Of a DNA stretch of 37,582 nucleotides, positions 25,036 through 34,669 are shown piece by piece. Position 1 is the stretch's first letter, and every line of letters starts with the position of its first letter. Source of the stretch: a virus (Duplodnaviria > Caudoviricetes); IMG/VR virus record IMGVR_UViG_3300044709_000019, positions 1 to 37,582 of that record; one strand, given 5' to 3'. The position numbers and the translations under genes were made by a program. Under the pieces are notes generated by a model that saw nothing but the letters and a program-made list of their open reading frames with translations, was not told the DNA's origin and made no database searches.

Positions 25036-26250
25036 TCAATTAGTGACACGGCATGCCCAAGCCGGACGCTGCGCCAAGTACCCGTACAAGATGTCGATAC
25101 GAGTCAAGAGTTCATCGTTCCGGATGTCGCCGTCTTGCCATACGCGCAAACTGATCCCGTCATACGTCTTCCGCACGCACGATGCAGCGCCGCCCATTAA
25201 GGGGAGCTCGGCAGTCGCGAACGTGAACGCATCGCGGTGATACATCAGGTTTTGCACGTAGCTGGTAGATGCGGAGCCGATAAATGTCACCACTTGCGCG
25301 TTGAAGTCAGTCGTAAGCAGCGTTGCGCCCGTTGACGAACACACATTCTTTTTCGCGCCGGTCAAGTAGATCGTCGGGGAAACGGTCGTAGTTGTTGCGC
25401 CCACTGCCGTGATGACGAATTGTTGAAGATGCGAGTAAGCCGCTTTGGTCTCCGGATGACAGGCGTAGACGCCAGCAATCGTGAAGACTTCGCCGACGTT
25501 CTGCGAGGCGACGGGGACAAGCGTGTGCATGTCGACCGTGCTTCCGCCATCCGTTACCAGCGCTGCCGCATCGGTTGAGCCGGTCACGTCGTTACCATTG
25601 GTCATGGTCCAAACGCGCTCGTTCTCGTACCAATCAGCGCCAGCAGTTCGGCCAATCATGCCTTCGCGGTATTGCTCCTTGATCTGTCCTGAATCCTGGA
25701 ACAATCCCTTCAGCCCGTTGACCATGCCGCCCATCGTTACCGAATCGCACTGAATGAAGCGATTGCCGTCTTTCGGGGCCAATCCCTTATTCAATTTTGC
25801 TCGCGCCGCTCCCCATGCCACTAAATCGGTTGGAGGCGTTCCGGCTGTGCCGACAGTGTTATAAACCGCTTTGGTACAGCCTTGAAGCACATCCGATTCG
25901 ATGCCAGAAATCAGCGTCGCCATTGCGGGTTCGAGATGCAGCTTGGAGAAGTTATCGAGAGAGAGCGCCAATTCGGACGAATTGAAGCGCATATCAACAC
26001 CGTCTTGTGTCGCGACGGTGAGGGTTGTTTTTTGTTGTTCGGAGTCTTGAACGTCCATGACCCGCGAACCTTGCCGCCGCGTGTACTGAGTAGGAAGGCG
26101 AATGCGTAAACTTCCGCCGTTCTTCTCGCCGCGCGCGCCGAACGAGTCATCGAATTGCCGGTCAATCGTGCCGAGGAAGGAAGCTTTCTCGTGCGCTAAG
26201 CGCAAAGCCTCCCGCGTGATCTCATCGATCGTAAGTAAGGTATTGCTCAT
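25036..26250 (-). CDS. Major capsid protein (P22 coat family)
   Basis: MSNTLLTIDEITREAL, IRLP and TRIDILYG motifs; follows the scaffold; GGAGG RBS. Confidence 0.93.
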   Translation of the reverse strand: MSNTLLTIDEITREALRLAHEKASFLGTIDRQFDDSFGARGEKNGGSLRIRLPTQYTRRQGSRVMDVQDSEQQKTTLTVATQDGVDMRFNSSELALSLDNFSKLHLEPAMATLISGIESDVLQGCTKAVYNTVGTAGTPPTDLVAWGAARAKLNKGLAPKDGNRFIQCDSVTMGGMVNGLKGLFQDSGQIKEQYREGMIGRTAGADWYENERVWTMTNGNDVTGSTDAAALVTDGGSTVDMHTLVPVASQNVGEVFTIAGVYACHPETKAAYSHLQQFVITAVGATTTTVSPTIYLTGAKKNVCSSTGATLLTTDFNAQVVTFIGSASTSYVQNLMYHRDAFTFATAELPLMGGAASCVRKTYDGISLRVWQDGDIRNDELLTRIDILYGYLAQRPAWACRVTN

Positions 26251-26343
26251 TTTGTAGCCTCCATGGGACTCGCATTTAGCGAGCCTCTATCGGATCAAAC
26301 CGTCATCCCGACGGTTACAAGCATCGGCTACATCGTTACTGCT

Positions 26344-27150
26344 TTATGGTCGCCGATGCACCTGTTTGCTGCGTTTGGCAATCCATGCCGCCATGTCGTC
26401 TTTTTCCGACGGCTTATCAGTTGCAGCAGTGCTCTTGCCGCTGAGTCCGGCCAAAGGCGCTGGCGCTGTGGATGCCTGCTTTGCTAGCGTCAATTCGAGC
26501 TTCCCGAATTCGCGTAACTGTGAGGTCGGAGAAAGCTTTGCAATGCGCTCCAATTCCGCAGGATGCGTCGCAAGGTGATACATCACATCCGCCCCGACAT
26601 CGCTTTCGAGCATCGCTTGGCCAATAACCGGAGTGACTGGCAAGGATGGATTGAAAACTTTGTCATAGAAGTCTGGATATTTGCGTTCCGCACCTTCGAT
26701 AACTGTTTGCAATTGCGTTTGCTGCGCCATTACCTGCTTTTGCTGAGACGAGATCATGTCGCGATACTTTGTCTCTTGCGTCTGCCGTTCCTGCGCCGCT
26801 CTCTCTTCCGCGATGACTTGCTTTGCCTCCCATCGCGCATAAGCCGCTACATACTTTTCGTATGTATCGAACTTATCCAGCGTTGGCGGGCCCTCCTGCG
26901 CTTGCGATGTCGTGGACTGCTGCGGCGCTTCGCGTTGGAGCAATCGCTCGGTTAAACGCTGCCTTTCGGCTCGCTCCGCATTCCGTTCCTCGACGAGTTC
27001 GCGAATCCTGCGCTGGATGCCATTCTCGCGTTTCGGTTGCTCGATCTCAGTTAACGCCTGAGCTGGCGAAGTGGTTTCTGGAGCGGTCGGCGCTCCCGTA
27101 TTCTCGACCGGCTCCGGGGAGCCTTGTTGTTGCAGGTCTTGCTCGTTCAT
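26344..27150 (-). CDS. Scaffolding protein
   Basis: Acidic N-terminus, IQRRIREL coiled coil, KYPDF and YHLATHP motifs; basic C-terminal coat-binding tip. Confidence 0.85.
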   Translation of the reverse strand: MNEQDLQQQGSPEPVENTGAPTAPETTSPAQALTEIEQPKRENGIQRRIRELVEERNAERAERQRLTERLLQREAPQQSTTSQAQEGPPTLDKFDTYEKYVAAYARWEAKQVIAEERAAQERQTQETKYRDMISSQQKQVMAQQTQLQTVIEGAERKYPDFYDKVFNPSLPVTPVIGQAMLESDVGADVMYHLATHPAELERIAKLSPTSQLREFGKLELTLAKQASTAPAPLAGLSGKSTAATDKPSEKDDMAAWIAKRSKQVHRRP

Positions 27151-27171
27151 GGCTTAAACTTCTCCACGTAT

Positions 27172-27624
27172 TTACCCGGTCGTTTGGGCCGGTACATTTA
27201 CTGCAATGCGTTTCTGAATCAGCTTTCGGCATAACGGCACAATGTGCTTATCCGAAAAATCCTTGAGCGACAGGAATAAATCACCCTCTGGAATCTTGGT
27301 TTCTTCTGAAGCGGCAATGCGGTCAATGCCCACCAGCATGCGTACCGATGCGTTTGTAGCATCCACAATAGTGCGAACCGTCGGCGTTTCATTCAGCAGC
27401 CGCGCCGCCTCGTTTTCCATCATTGCTGGCGTAATTTGGAGCGATGTTAATCGGTCCTTTAGCGTCGATTTCACGTAAGCCGCTGGCCCGAAGTAAGTCG
27501 TCAGGAAGTCGGCTACCTGGGGCATTTGATTGAATACCGCCAGGACTTCATCCGATCCGCCACCGTCCGTTTTACGGTAGATGATGAATCCATTGGGAGC
27601 CTGGGAGATGCAGAGTTCTTTCAT
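27172..27624 (-). CDS. Hypothetical protein between portal and scaffold
   Basis: 150-aa ORF filling the gap; GGAG RBS. Confidence 0.65.
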   Translation of the reverse strand: MKELCISQAPNGFIIYRKTDGGGSDEVLAVFNQMPQVADFLTTYFGPAAYVKSTLKDRLTSLQITPAMMENEAARLLNETPTVRTIVDATNASVRMLVGIDRIAASEETKIPEGDLFLSLKDFSDKHIVPLCRKLIQKRIAVNVPAQTTG

Positions 27625-27626
27625 TG

Positions 27627-29690
27627 TTAGGGCTCCATATGCGGAATATGTGCGGGCTGCGTCAGCGAGCGAATGTTCTCAGCCTGCGCCTCTTGCGTCC
27701 TGGCTTGCGCTTCAGTCGCCTTCGCAGCCGCTTCGATCTTCGTCGTCTCAACATCAAGCTGTTTCATATAGACTTCCATCTTCTTAATTTCTATCTCGGC
27801 AGCCTTACTCTGCTGCTGCGCCGATAGCTTCTGTACTTCCGCCTGCGCCATCTGTAGCGCCTGTCCCATTTGTTGCATTTGCGCTTGCATTTGCTGCATG
27901 GCTTGTTGGACTTGCGGCGGCAATTGTTGCTGCCCTGCTTCCAATTGCTGAATTTGAGGCGGCAATAACGTCTTCAAGCGTTCCGCCATTTCTTCAGACC
28001 CCGGCCAATCCTGGTTTCGCACCCAAATATCTCCGATGAGCTGCATCATTTGCGGATTGCCTTGCAATACCGTCGTCATGGCCTCGACCGCCTCTTGTCG
28101 GCGCGTATTGAAGGATGGGCCGGATGTTGAGATAACGTCGTATCTCCCAACATTCAGGTTGTAAATCTTCCGCACTTCGCCCGAGCTATCCTGTATCTCG
28201 CGCACCGCTTCCTTCTGTTCCGGATCAATCGATACCGTATCAATCTCGCCATCTTCACCGATGATCCGGAGCACGCGCTTGGTATCGTAATATTTAGGGA
28301 TGGCGCTGATAAGGATGCGCCCAAGATGCCGAACGCCAGCCGCTGCTCCATCCACATAGTGATATGTGGCGTTATCCGATTGACGATCCCGCGCCACAAT
28401 CGCACGCCCCGATGTCTCATTGCTCTGTGCGCCCATGCTTGCATCGAATTGCCCGCTGGACATCTTCACATGATCTGCCGCCATCTGCATGCCCTGGATT
28501 ACGCCTTGCGGCGCTGCCTGGAGCTGATTGCGCTGTGGCGGTGGCAATGGCTGCCCGCTCTCATCTACGGCGTTGTAGAGTAGATAAGGCTGATTGCTCG
28601 AATTGGCGTGCCACCATTGCGCTTCATAGCCATCAATGGCCCCAGCAGCCACGAGCCATGGCGCTTTCGATTGCAATCCCACCGTCTCGGTAAACGTGCT
28701 CCACCAGTAATTAAATGAGCGCTGCGGATCGCGCATATCGCGGATGACGCCCTTCCAATAGCGTTTGCCTTCAATGTCGGTGTAAATGCCAGGGAAACGC
28801 GCGAAGGGGATGAAGTCGGATAGAAATTCGTTCTCTTCCAAAATCTTAAATGATGTGCATTTTGTCCATTGAACATACTTCTCGACATCTTCACGATTGG
28901 CGATGACGGGAGGTCGATCTATATCAGCCTGATACTCGGCCCAATAATCCGCTTCGATCATTTCCGAGCCATCAATCAAGCGTAGGACATTGACGCTGCG
29001 CTCCTTCATCTCGAAGTATTCGCAGACTCGCACGGTATCTTCGCTGACCCATGCGTTTGCATCGCCGTAAGACGATTCTTTCCACTCGCCAGCAAAGGAT
29101 TCCTTGCCGTAGTCCGCCTCGAATTTCTTGCGCGGGATGTTATCGACGAAGAAGAAGCAGTTATTGTCCATGCCAACCGGAGAAAGGTTATTCGAGTCAG
29201 CATAGGCGGCAAGTGTGTTGTAGATCGGGACGATGCGCAGTTCCTGCTCGTTCGTCGCTGGATTCGTAACCTCGGTCGTTATACGGATGTAGCCCCAACC
29301 GCCAGCCACTTCGCCATTCACGGCCACATCGAGCGCCGTATCGCCGTCGGAGCGCTCCCAGATATGCCGAATCACGCCGTTGAATATCTCGGCCACCTCA
29401 TTGCTGGCGTCAGGCGATACCGGCCTTACCTTAATCTCAGGGCGATTCTGTTTGATGTCGTTCGTAATCTGAAATACATGTTGCTGCGCCACGTTGATTT
29501 CAAGGCAGGGGCGCGGAGCCGTCGGGTTCTCACGGAGCTTGCGAAGCTGATCCGGCCATTGATAGCCGGGAACATGCGCAAACTTGATGTCTTCAAGCCA
29601 TGCAAGACGAGCATCAGCCTCCGCATCCTCAGCAAGCTGAAAGCGGCGATGAATCTCTTGAAGCTTCGCCTTGTCGTCTTTAGCGCTCAT
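27627..29690 (-). CDS. Portal protein (P22 gp1 family)
   Basis: QWP..RPCLEIN, DPQRSFNYW, SNETSGRAI and GRYDV..GPSF.TRRQE motifs; Q-rich barrel. Confidence 0.95.
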   Translation of the reverse strand: MSAKDDKAKLQEIHRRFQLAEDAEADARLAWLEDIKFAHVPGYQWPDQLRKLRENPTAPRPCLEINVAQQHVFQITNDIKQNRPEIKVRPVSPDASNEVAEIFNGVIRHIWERSDGDTALDVAVNGEVAGGWGYIRITTEVTNPATNEQELRIVPIYNTLAAYADSNNLSPVGMDNNCFFFVDNIPRKKFEADYGKESFAGEWKESSYGDANAWVSEDTVRVCEYFEMKERSVNVLRLIDGSEMIEADYWAEYQADIDRPPVIANREDVEKYVQWTKCTSFKILEENEFLSDFIPFARFPGIYTDIEGKRYWKGVIRDMRDPQRSFNYWWSTFTETVGLQSKAPWLVAAGAIDGYEAQWWHANSSNQPYLLYNAVDESGQPLPPPQRNQLQAAPQGVIQGMQMAADHVKMSSGQFDASMGAQSNETSGRAIVARDRQSDNATYHYVDGAAAGVRHLGRILISAIPKYYDTKRVLRIIGEDGEIDTVSIDPEQKEAVREIQDSSGEVRKIYNLNVGRYDVISTSGPSFNTRRQEAVEAMTTVLQGNPQMMQLIGDIWVRNQDWPGSEEMAERLKTLLPPQIQQLEAGQQQLPPQVQQAMQQMQAQMQQMGQALQMAQAEVQKLSAQQQSKAAEIEIKKMEVYMKQLDVETTKIEAAAKATEAQARTQEAQAENIRSLTQPAHIPHMEP

Positions 29691-30970
29691 TAATTAGCCA
29701 TCCATCCCGCATCATGCCCGCCAAACATACGCATATGTTCCTCCGGCGTCTTCTTTCTTTCGGCTCGTTCATTAGCGCTAATGCCGAACGACATGAAGGC
29801 GCTTGCTCCGTGTGAGGACCAATCATGCAATGGTGTCTTGGAGAACTGGCCGTTTTCGTCGACCTCATAACGATAATGACGCAGCGCGTTGAGGCCGTCG
29901 GCGCATTTGTCCTCGTCGAAGTAGCAATTGGCGAAGACTGTCCTGGCCGCGTTGATCTGCGCCGATAGCGCCGTAGTCGGGAGAGTTCGCACCTTGCGTC
30001 CCAGTTCTCGCGCCTGCTGCTCCAGGCTCTTGCCGCCGCTCGCTAGTGTCTTGTGCTTGCCATCATGCGGGAAATGATCGAGGTCGTAGACATAGCCTTT
30101 CTTCTGGCATTCCTGGATATACCAGCCAAGCGTCTTTTGTGAGTCCTCGAGGTAATCAATAACGCGGTATTCAAAGCCGATGCGCTGAATGAACCAGATT
30201 GCTACTGAATCGCTCCAGCCTAAATCCCAAAATGTATTGACCGGCTTGGTCGGCGTATATGGGACACGGCAAATGCGGCCGCCCTTCATTGCGTCTCGCA
30301 TCTCCGCAGCGAAGATCGCGCCTTCCAGCGTCTGCTTGCAATGCCCGCCATATACGTGCAAGTAATCGTCCACATTGCGGCGCTGAAGCTGCTCTATTTC
30401 ATCTCTGAGGACTTGCGGCAGGAAAGGATTGTCTGAGTAGTCGATCTTAACCACAGCGGCGTTATCGGGAGGAGAGCGCACGAAGCGTTCATAGGTCTCG
30501 TCGGTCTCGAGCTCAGGATTGAACGTCACCCATATCTCTGAGCCATCCTTGCGGATTGTCGGGATGAGCTTATTCCAGCTTGCCCGCGAGACATTCGCCG
30601 CCTCCTCTACCCAGCAAATATCACAGCCCTCGAGCGATTTGATATTGTTGATGTTGTGCTTCAGGCCATGGAATACGAATTCCGTGCCGTTCCGGCCTTT
30701 AATGCATGTCTGTTGGATTTCGTAGAATGAGTCGAGACCTAATGCTTCGATCTGGTCTGAGAGGAGTTGGTGGACTGAATCTGCGATGGACTTTTGAAAC
30801 TCCCGAGCACAAACAATACGCAATATACGATTAGAGCCCAAAATAAGCAGAGCACGAGCGACGCCCCAAGACTTAGCGCCTCCTCGACCGCCATAGAGAA
30901 TTTTGTAGCGCTTTGGCTCGAAGAGGAAACCCAATTTCTCCGGGAATTTTGCTCTAGGCGCTCCACTCAT
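29690..30970 (-). CDS. terL: Terminase large subunit (PBSX/SPP1-like)
   Basis: Walker A YGGRGGAKS, Walker B WVEEA, TFNP; nuclease WDLG..D and HD..SH. Confidence 0.95.
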   Translation of the reverse strand: MSGAPRAKFPEKLGFLFEPKRYKILYGGRGGAKSWGVARALLILGSNRILRIVCAREFQKSIADSVHQLLSDQIEALGLDSFYEIQQTCIKGRNGTEFVFHGLKHNINNIKSLEGCDICWVEEAANVSRASWNKLIPTIRKDGSEIWVTFNPELETDETYERFVRSPPDNAAVVKIDYSDNPFLPQVLRDEIEQLQRRNVDDYLHVYGGHCKQTLEGAIFAAEMRDAMKGGRICRVPYTPTKPVNTFWDLGWSDSVAIWFIQRIGFEYRVIDYLEDSQKTLGWYIQECQKKGYVYDLDHFPHDGKHKTLASGGKSLEQQARELGRKVRTLPTTALSAQINAARTVFANCYFDEDKCADGLNALRHYRYEVDENGQFSKTPLHDWSSHGASAFMSFGISANERAERKKTPEEHMRMFGGHDAGWMAN

Positions 30971-31254
30971 TTGTCCCCACGGGCTACAAACTCTATGGCA
31001 ATGGACATCGGTATCGAATTGCCATCATCATCAACATGAGATGTCGGCTGAACGGCCTTGCCTTCGAGCCTATCGCCAATTTCCTTGATTGCCGCTATAT
31101 CGCCCGCCATGCCCTTCGCGACGCAGGCATCCGCCAGATCATCAATCGCTTTGCGCCGATCTCCGGTCTTACGCTCCAATGCAGCTTTAAGCGCATCGCT
31201 CCAGATTTTCGCTTTGCGCGCATTGTTGTTTCCTGTAGGGGCTCCGGCTGCCAT
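30967..31254 (-). CDS. terS: Terminase small subunit
   Basis: GAPTGNNNA start, GDIAAIKEIGDRLEGK motif; overlaps the terL start. Confidence 0.8.
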   Translation of the reverse strand: MAAGAPTGNNNARKAKIWSDALKAALERKTGDRRKAIDDLADACVAKGMAGDIAAIKEIGDRLEGKAVQPTSHVDDDGNSIPMSIAIEFVARGDK

Positions 31255-31284
31255 ATTGAGTTAAATATTTATCCCGTTAGTCAA

Positions 31285-31473
31285 TTAGTTCTTCTCGCCA
31301 CTCAAACACTTTTTCGCTTCCAGGTAGTCGCTTTCCGCTGTTGGATGCGCCAATATCCAATCACGCAGCTTATCGTCTAGCGCCAACCCGGATACCGAGC
31401 GAATAGCATCGCGCAAGGAGACGCCATTTCCTACCATCAAATTGATTTGCAGCAACTGGTTATCGGTAAGCAT
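31285..31473 (-). CDS. Small helical protein upstream of terS
   Basis: GGAGG RBS before ATG 31473 (MLTDNQLL...). Confidence 0.5.
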   Translation of the reverse strand: MLTDNQLLQINLMVGNGVSLRDAIRSVSGLALDDKLRDWILAHPTAESDYLEAKKCLSGEKN

Positions 31474-31618
31474 GAGTCCTCCAAGCCACATAACATACGC
31501 AAAGTTGTGACAAATGCCACTATTCTTCCGCCGTTCGTCGGTTGGGATTGCTGGCGCTTTGATTGTGGCGCATGATTCAAACCATACAGTAACGATTAAC
31601 GAACAGGAGACGTAAATC

Positions 31619-32794
31619 ATGAAATCCCGATTTATCCCCGATCACCCAAGCTTTACCACCGAGGAGAATTTGAAGTTAGCCGACGAACTGCGCCCATGGG
31701 CCGCTGAAATCTATCGATGTGATGGCGGATTCATGGCCTTCGCATCGACGGAGGAGGCCGGTTTATGGCTTACATCAACAGACCTAAGAGGATAATCATG
31801 AGTATTTTCTTCGTCATCGCATTTGATTCACATAATTGCCCGGTCGCTGTTGAACAAACCCGTAAAGTTTACAAAAAACGTCGAAGAGGCGTCGCGCTCG
31901 GCGAATGCGTCAACGTGGCCTGTTTGCCTGGAGTGTCGCGCGCTGAGGTCTGGCGCGGCAAAACTCGACGCAAATGGGTCACTGGCGATCATCTTCTATT
32001 GCGCTGCGAGCAAACCAAGAACGGATTCCGCGCGACGTCCGGAAACGATGTGCGGCAGGGAATTCGGGTCGCCCTCGATAGAATCGTCTCCGTCGAGAAA
32101 TCCGCATCATGAAAATTATCGTAAAAGTCATTAACGATAATGGACTGGAACAAATCAAAGCGTTTCTGAACAAGCATCATGTCTCAGGCGGTACCGATTT
32201 AGAGCGCCATATTCTCGAATCCTGGGGGTATGACGCCGAGTATGAAATGAGCAATGGGCGTCCGCCATGCATTCATCTCCGCAACTGGGAAGCAATCGAT
32301 GGCTGCGCCAGGGAGTTCCTAATAACGAACGAAGGCATCGACACGAGGGAAATTGACAATGGAGACGGAACATAAAGCCGCCAGGATCGCCAAAGCGCCG
32401 CGCACCATCGCCATTATCGAAGAGATGGCGCGGCTGCTTAATGATTCGCATAACCTTTTTTCAGCAGCGCGGATAGCCGTTATCCGCATTCACAAGGGGA
32501 AACTATGAAAACTAAGCTGTTCTGCATTCTTGTGGTGGCGCTCTTTGTCGGAGCGCCTTTTCTTTATGTTTATTTTATCGGGGGAATTCAATTATGACCT
32601 CAGGGGGAAAACGAAAACATGCCGGCAGATCGGCGCTTGATAAAGTCAAAACGCGCCGCGTCCAGGTTCTATTGGACGATGACACCATTGCGAAGGCGCG
32701 CGAGATTGGCGTGATGACCTATGACCGCGCGGAAATCTCGCTCGGGCTGCGCGAGGCGGTCAGGATTCTGTACGCCAAATACCAATCGGCCTAA
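31619..32794 (+). other. Counter-oriented cluster of six small coupled ORFs (31619-31795, 31798-32112, 32109-32375, 32359-32508, 32505-32597, 32594-32794)
   Basis: RBSs and stop/start overlaps read by hand. Confidence 0.65.
32594..32794 (+). CDS. Ribbon-helix-helix-like DNA-binding protein
   Basis: GGKRKHAGR basic hook, then RVQVLLDDDT..A strand-helix and ISLGLREAV helix. Confidence 0.6.
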   Translation: MTSGGKRKHAGRSALDKVKTRRVQVLLDDDTIAKAREIGVMTYDRAEISLGLREAVRILYAKYQSA

Positions 32795-32982
32795 TCTTCG
32801 TCGGGGGTCCATTGTTTGGACCTCCATCCTTGCACCACTCGCGCCTTTTGGATCGTCGGCTTAGGCGGCGCAGTGAGAAACGCATATCCTTCGCACCGCT
32901 CCTTGTAGCGAGCTCCCTTGTTCCCAGCCTTATGAGGCTTCGCGTGCGCCCTCAATTTTTCTGCGGTGATAACGGGCTTCAT
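32791..32982 (-). CDS. Basic hypothetical protein
   Basis: GGAGG RBS; overlaps the end of rusA. Confidence 0.5.
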   Translation of the reverse strand: MKPVITAEKLRAHAKPHKAGNKGARYKERCEGYAFLTAPPKPTIQKARVVQGWRSKQWTPDED

Positions 32983-33391
32983 AAATTCCTCCTTTTTTTA
33001 TTGGAGTTACGTTCACGACTACCCTTGGATTTTCTTTATCGATTGCATGCGTTATCCATTTGCTTCTGACTTGCCGGTCATTACGATAGGCATACCCCTG
33101 GAGCACATCAAGCACGAGCGATTCATCGAGGTCGGGCCGTTCCGTTCGATAGTAAATCACCATCTCGACAAAAACCGGCCCCTCCAGCGGCTTTAATGAT
33201 CCCGCGATTTGCTGTCTATTGAGCTGAAATAGTGCAGACGCCACGAATTGGCGTCCTTTATCTGATTTGATGACGGCAGGCTTGCCGCGAATGACTACGA
33301 TTTTGCGAGAGTTCGCCTTACTGGCCGTCTCCCCCAGGATCACGGCGCTCCATTCCTGAGGAGCTTCGGCTATTTCTGTTCCGCTAGCCAT
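32930..33391 (-). CDS. rusA: RusA-like Holliday junction resolvase
   Basis: SKANSR, RPDLD..LD.L, NDRQV and DKENPR motifs. Confidence 0.85.
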   Translation of the reverse strand: MASGTEIAEAPQEWSAVILGETASKANSRKIVVIRGKPAVIKSDKGRQFVASALFQLNRQQIAGSLKPLEGPVFVEMVIYYRTERPDLDESLVLDVLQGYAYRNDRQVRSKWITHAIDKENPRVVVNVTPIKKGGIYEARYHRRKIEGAREAS

Positions 33392-33570
33392 TTCGCCGCC
33401 CTTGCGCAGTCCTGGCATTTCTTCATCCGCCCAGAACCCCAGCAACAATCGCAAGGGAACGCCTGCGTTGGCCGCTCCCCTTGTTTAAACCCGGTTCCGT
33501 CACATACTGAGCATTCCCAGCAGCCGCACTCGAGAACTTCAGCCACGCTCTTTCCCCGATTTATAAGCAT
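33370..33570 (-). CDS. Cys-rich zinc-binding protein (CxxCxGxG twice)
   Basis: CSVCDGTG and CDCCWGSG. Confidence 0.55.
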   Translation of the reverse strand: MLINRGKSVAEVLECGCWECSVCDGTGFKQGERPTQAFPCDCCWGSGRMKKCQDCARAAKWLAEQK

Positions 33571-33769
33571 TATCGTCCCCCACTAACTGGATAGTCGTCC
33601 AACCACGCTCTTTGCCGTTTCGCTGATCTTCGACATGCGGAAGCGGCGAGAAATGCTCGCAGCGGCGTAATTGCATTCTGACCGGACGGCATCGCGTCGC
33701 CCGACATTCTCCGTTATTCAGCCGCCGGCAATCTACGCAGGTAATCCGATCATCCGAGTCATCAGTCAT
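33539..33769 (-). CDS. Cys-rich hypothetical protein
   Basis: DDRITCVDC...RRCEHF; GAGG RBS. Confidence 0.55.
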   Translation of the reverse strand: MTDDSDDRITCVDCRRLNNGECRATRCRPVRMQLRRCEHFSPLPHVEDQRNGKERGWTTIQLVGDDNAYKSGKERG

Positions 33770-33780
33770 GCCGCCTCTGA

Positions 33781-33963
33781 TTAAGTGACGCGGCGCACAA
33801 ATATGTGATTCGCGCCGAACGTCATCAGAATATCCAAAGCTTCGGCTGTGGTGGCAAAATCTTTTACGCCGTTCGGGTTCGCCGAGTTCGGGCGCTTTTC
33901 GATTAATGGCCGCCTTCCAGCCCCTTTGCGGGCTCCTCCGTGGTTATCCGGTCGCTTATGCAC
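33781..33963 (-). CDS. Small basic protein with GGARKGAGR hook
   Basis: AAGGAGG RBS; motif typical of small phage DNA-binding proteins. Confidence 0.55.
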   Translation of the reverse strand: MHKRPDNHGGARKGAGRRPLIEKRPNSANPNGVKDFATTAEALDILMTFGANHIFVRRVT

Positions 33964-34180
33964 CCTCCTTACCCCCTGCCATCGTAAACAAAGGCTCTGA
34001 GCGGTCTCTATTGCGGCCGAAACGGCATTCTGGAATGACCGCCTGAAGTGTTGACGGCCTAAAGCGGCGCACAGGCTTTGAAAAGCGGCGAATCAGCCAA
34101 TGCGGATTGAAAGAGAGGAGGGCCAAGAAAAATAGGGCGAAGACAAGCAGCGAATAAAGCGGGGTGAGCGATTGCGACAT
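33956..34180 (-). CDS. Small membrane protein
   Basis: AGGAGG RBS before ATG 34180; one TM helix. Confidence 0.5.
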   Translation of the reverse strand: MSQSLTPLYSLLVFALFFLALLSFNPHWLIRRFSKPVRRFRPSTLQAVIPECRFGRNRDRSEPLFTMAGGKEGA

Positions 34181-34316
34181 TGTTATTCCTCCTTTGTTGA
34201 AATTAATTCCCGGATTTCTTTTTTCACATTCAGCAATTCTTTGTACTTTGCCTCGTCTTGTTCTGGATTTTCGTAGGCTTCGACATACGCCTCGAGCTGC
34301 GCCAGCCTGAGTAAGA

Positions 34317-34589
34317 TTAACTCCGAGAGCATACGCCGCCTCGTTTGCCTCCAATCCCAACAAACTTCCCATCGATATAAACCCGAGCGCCTGGAGCCGC
34401 GTCGCGGATCACTACCCGCTCGCCTCTTGTCGTGGCGCGTGGCAGCAGCTTGCCTTCGACATATTTGTACGCCGCCGAGCATTGGCAGTCGTAATAACGA
34501 ACTTGCTGGCCTTTATGGGTTTTGCCGCCAGTGATATACCGCAGCACACGGTCGCATTTCGGACAATTCGGGCTGATTATTTTTGCCAT
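34317..34589 (-). CDS. Zinc-ribbon protein (Ogr/Delta-like spacing)
   Basis: CPKC...RYYDCQC..YKYVE; GGGGGAG RBS. Confidence 0.55.
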   Translation of the reverse strand: MAKIISPNCPKCDRVLRYITGGKTHKGQQVRYYDCQCSAAYKYVEGKLLPRATTRGERVVIRDAAPGARVYIDGKFVGIGGKRGGVCSRS

Positions 34590-34669
34590 TTAACTCCCCC
34601 TCGGATATGAATGACGATAGCGTTGCTGAGAGCGGTTTGGATGTGACGCATATCTCAATCCGCTAGAAA

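Noticed and set aside
24489-25040. Group I intron splitting the coat gene
   Set aside because: The coat ends with a normal C-terminus and the spacers are too short for a ribozyme core.
27173-27194. Hairpin before the scaffold gene (P22-type autoregulation site)
   Set aside because: The stem is short and mismatched; too weak to call.
32469-32487. Palindrome GCGGATA-GCCGT-TATCCGC as a third Cro operator
   Set aside because: Half-sites are in reversed order with different spacing, and it lies inside an ORF.
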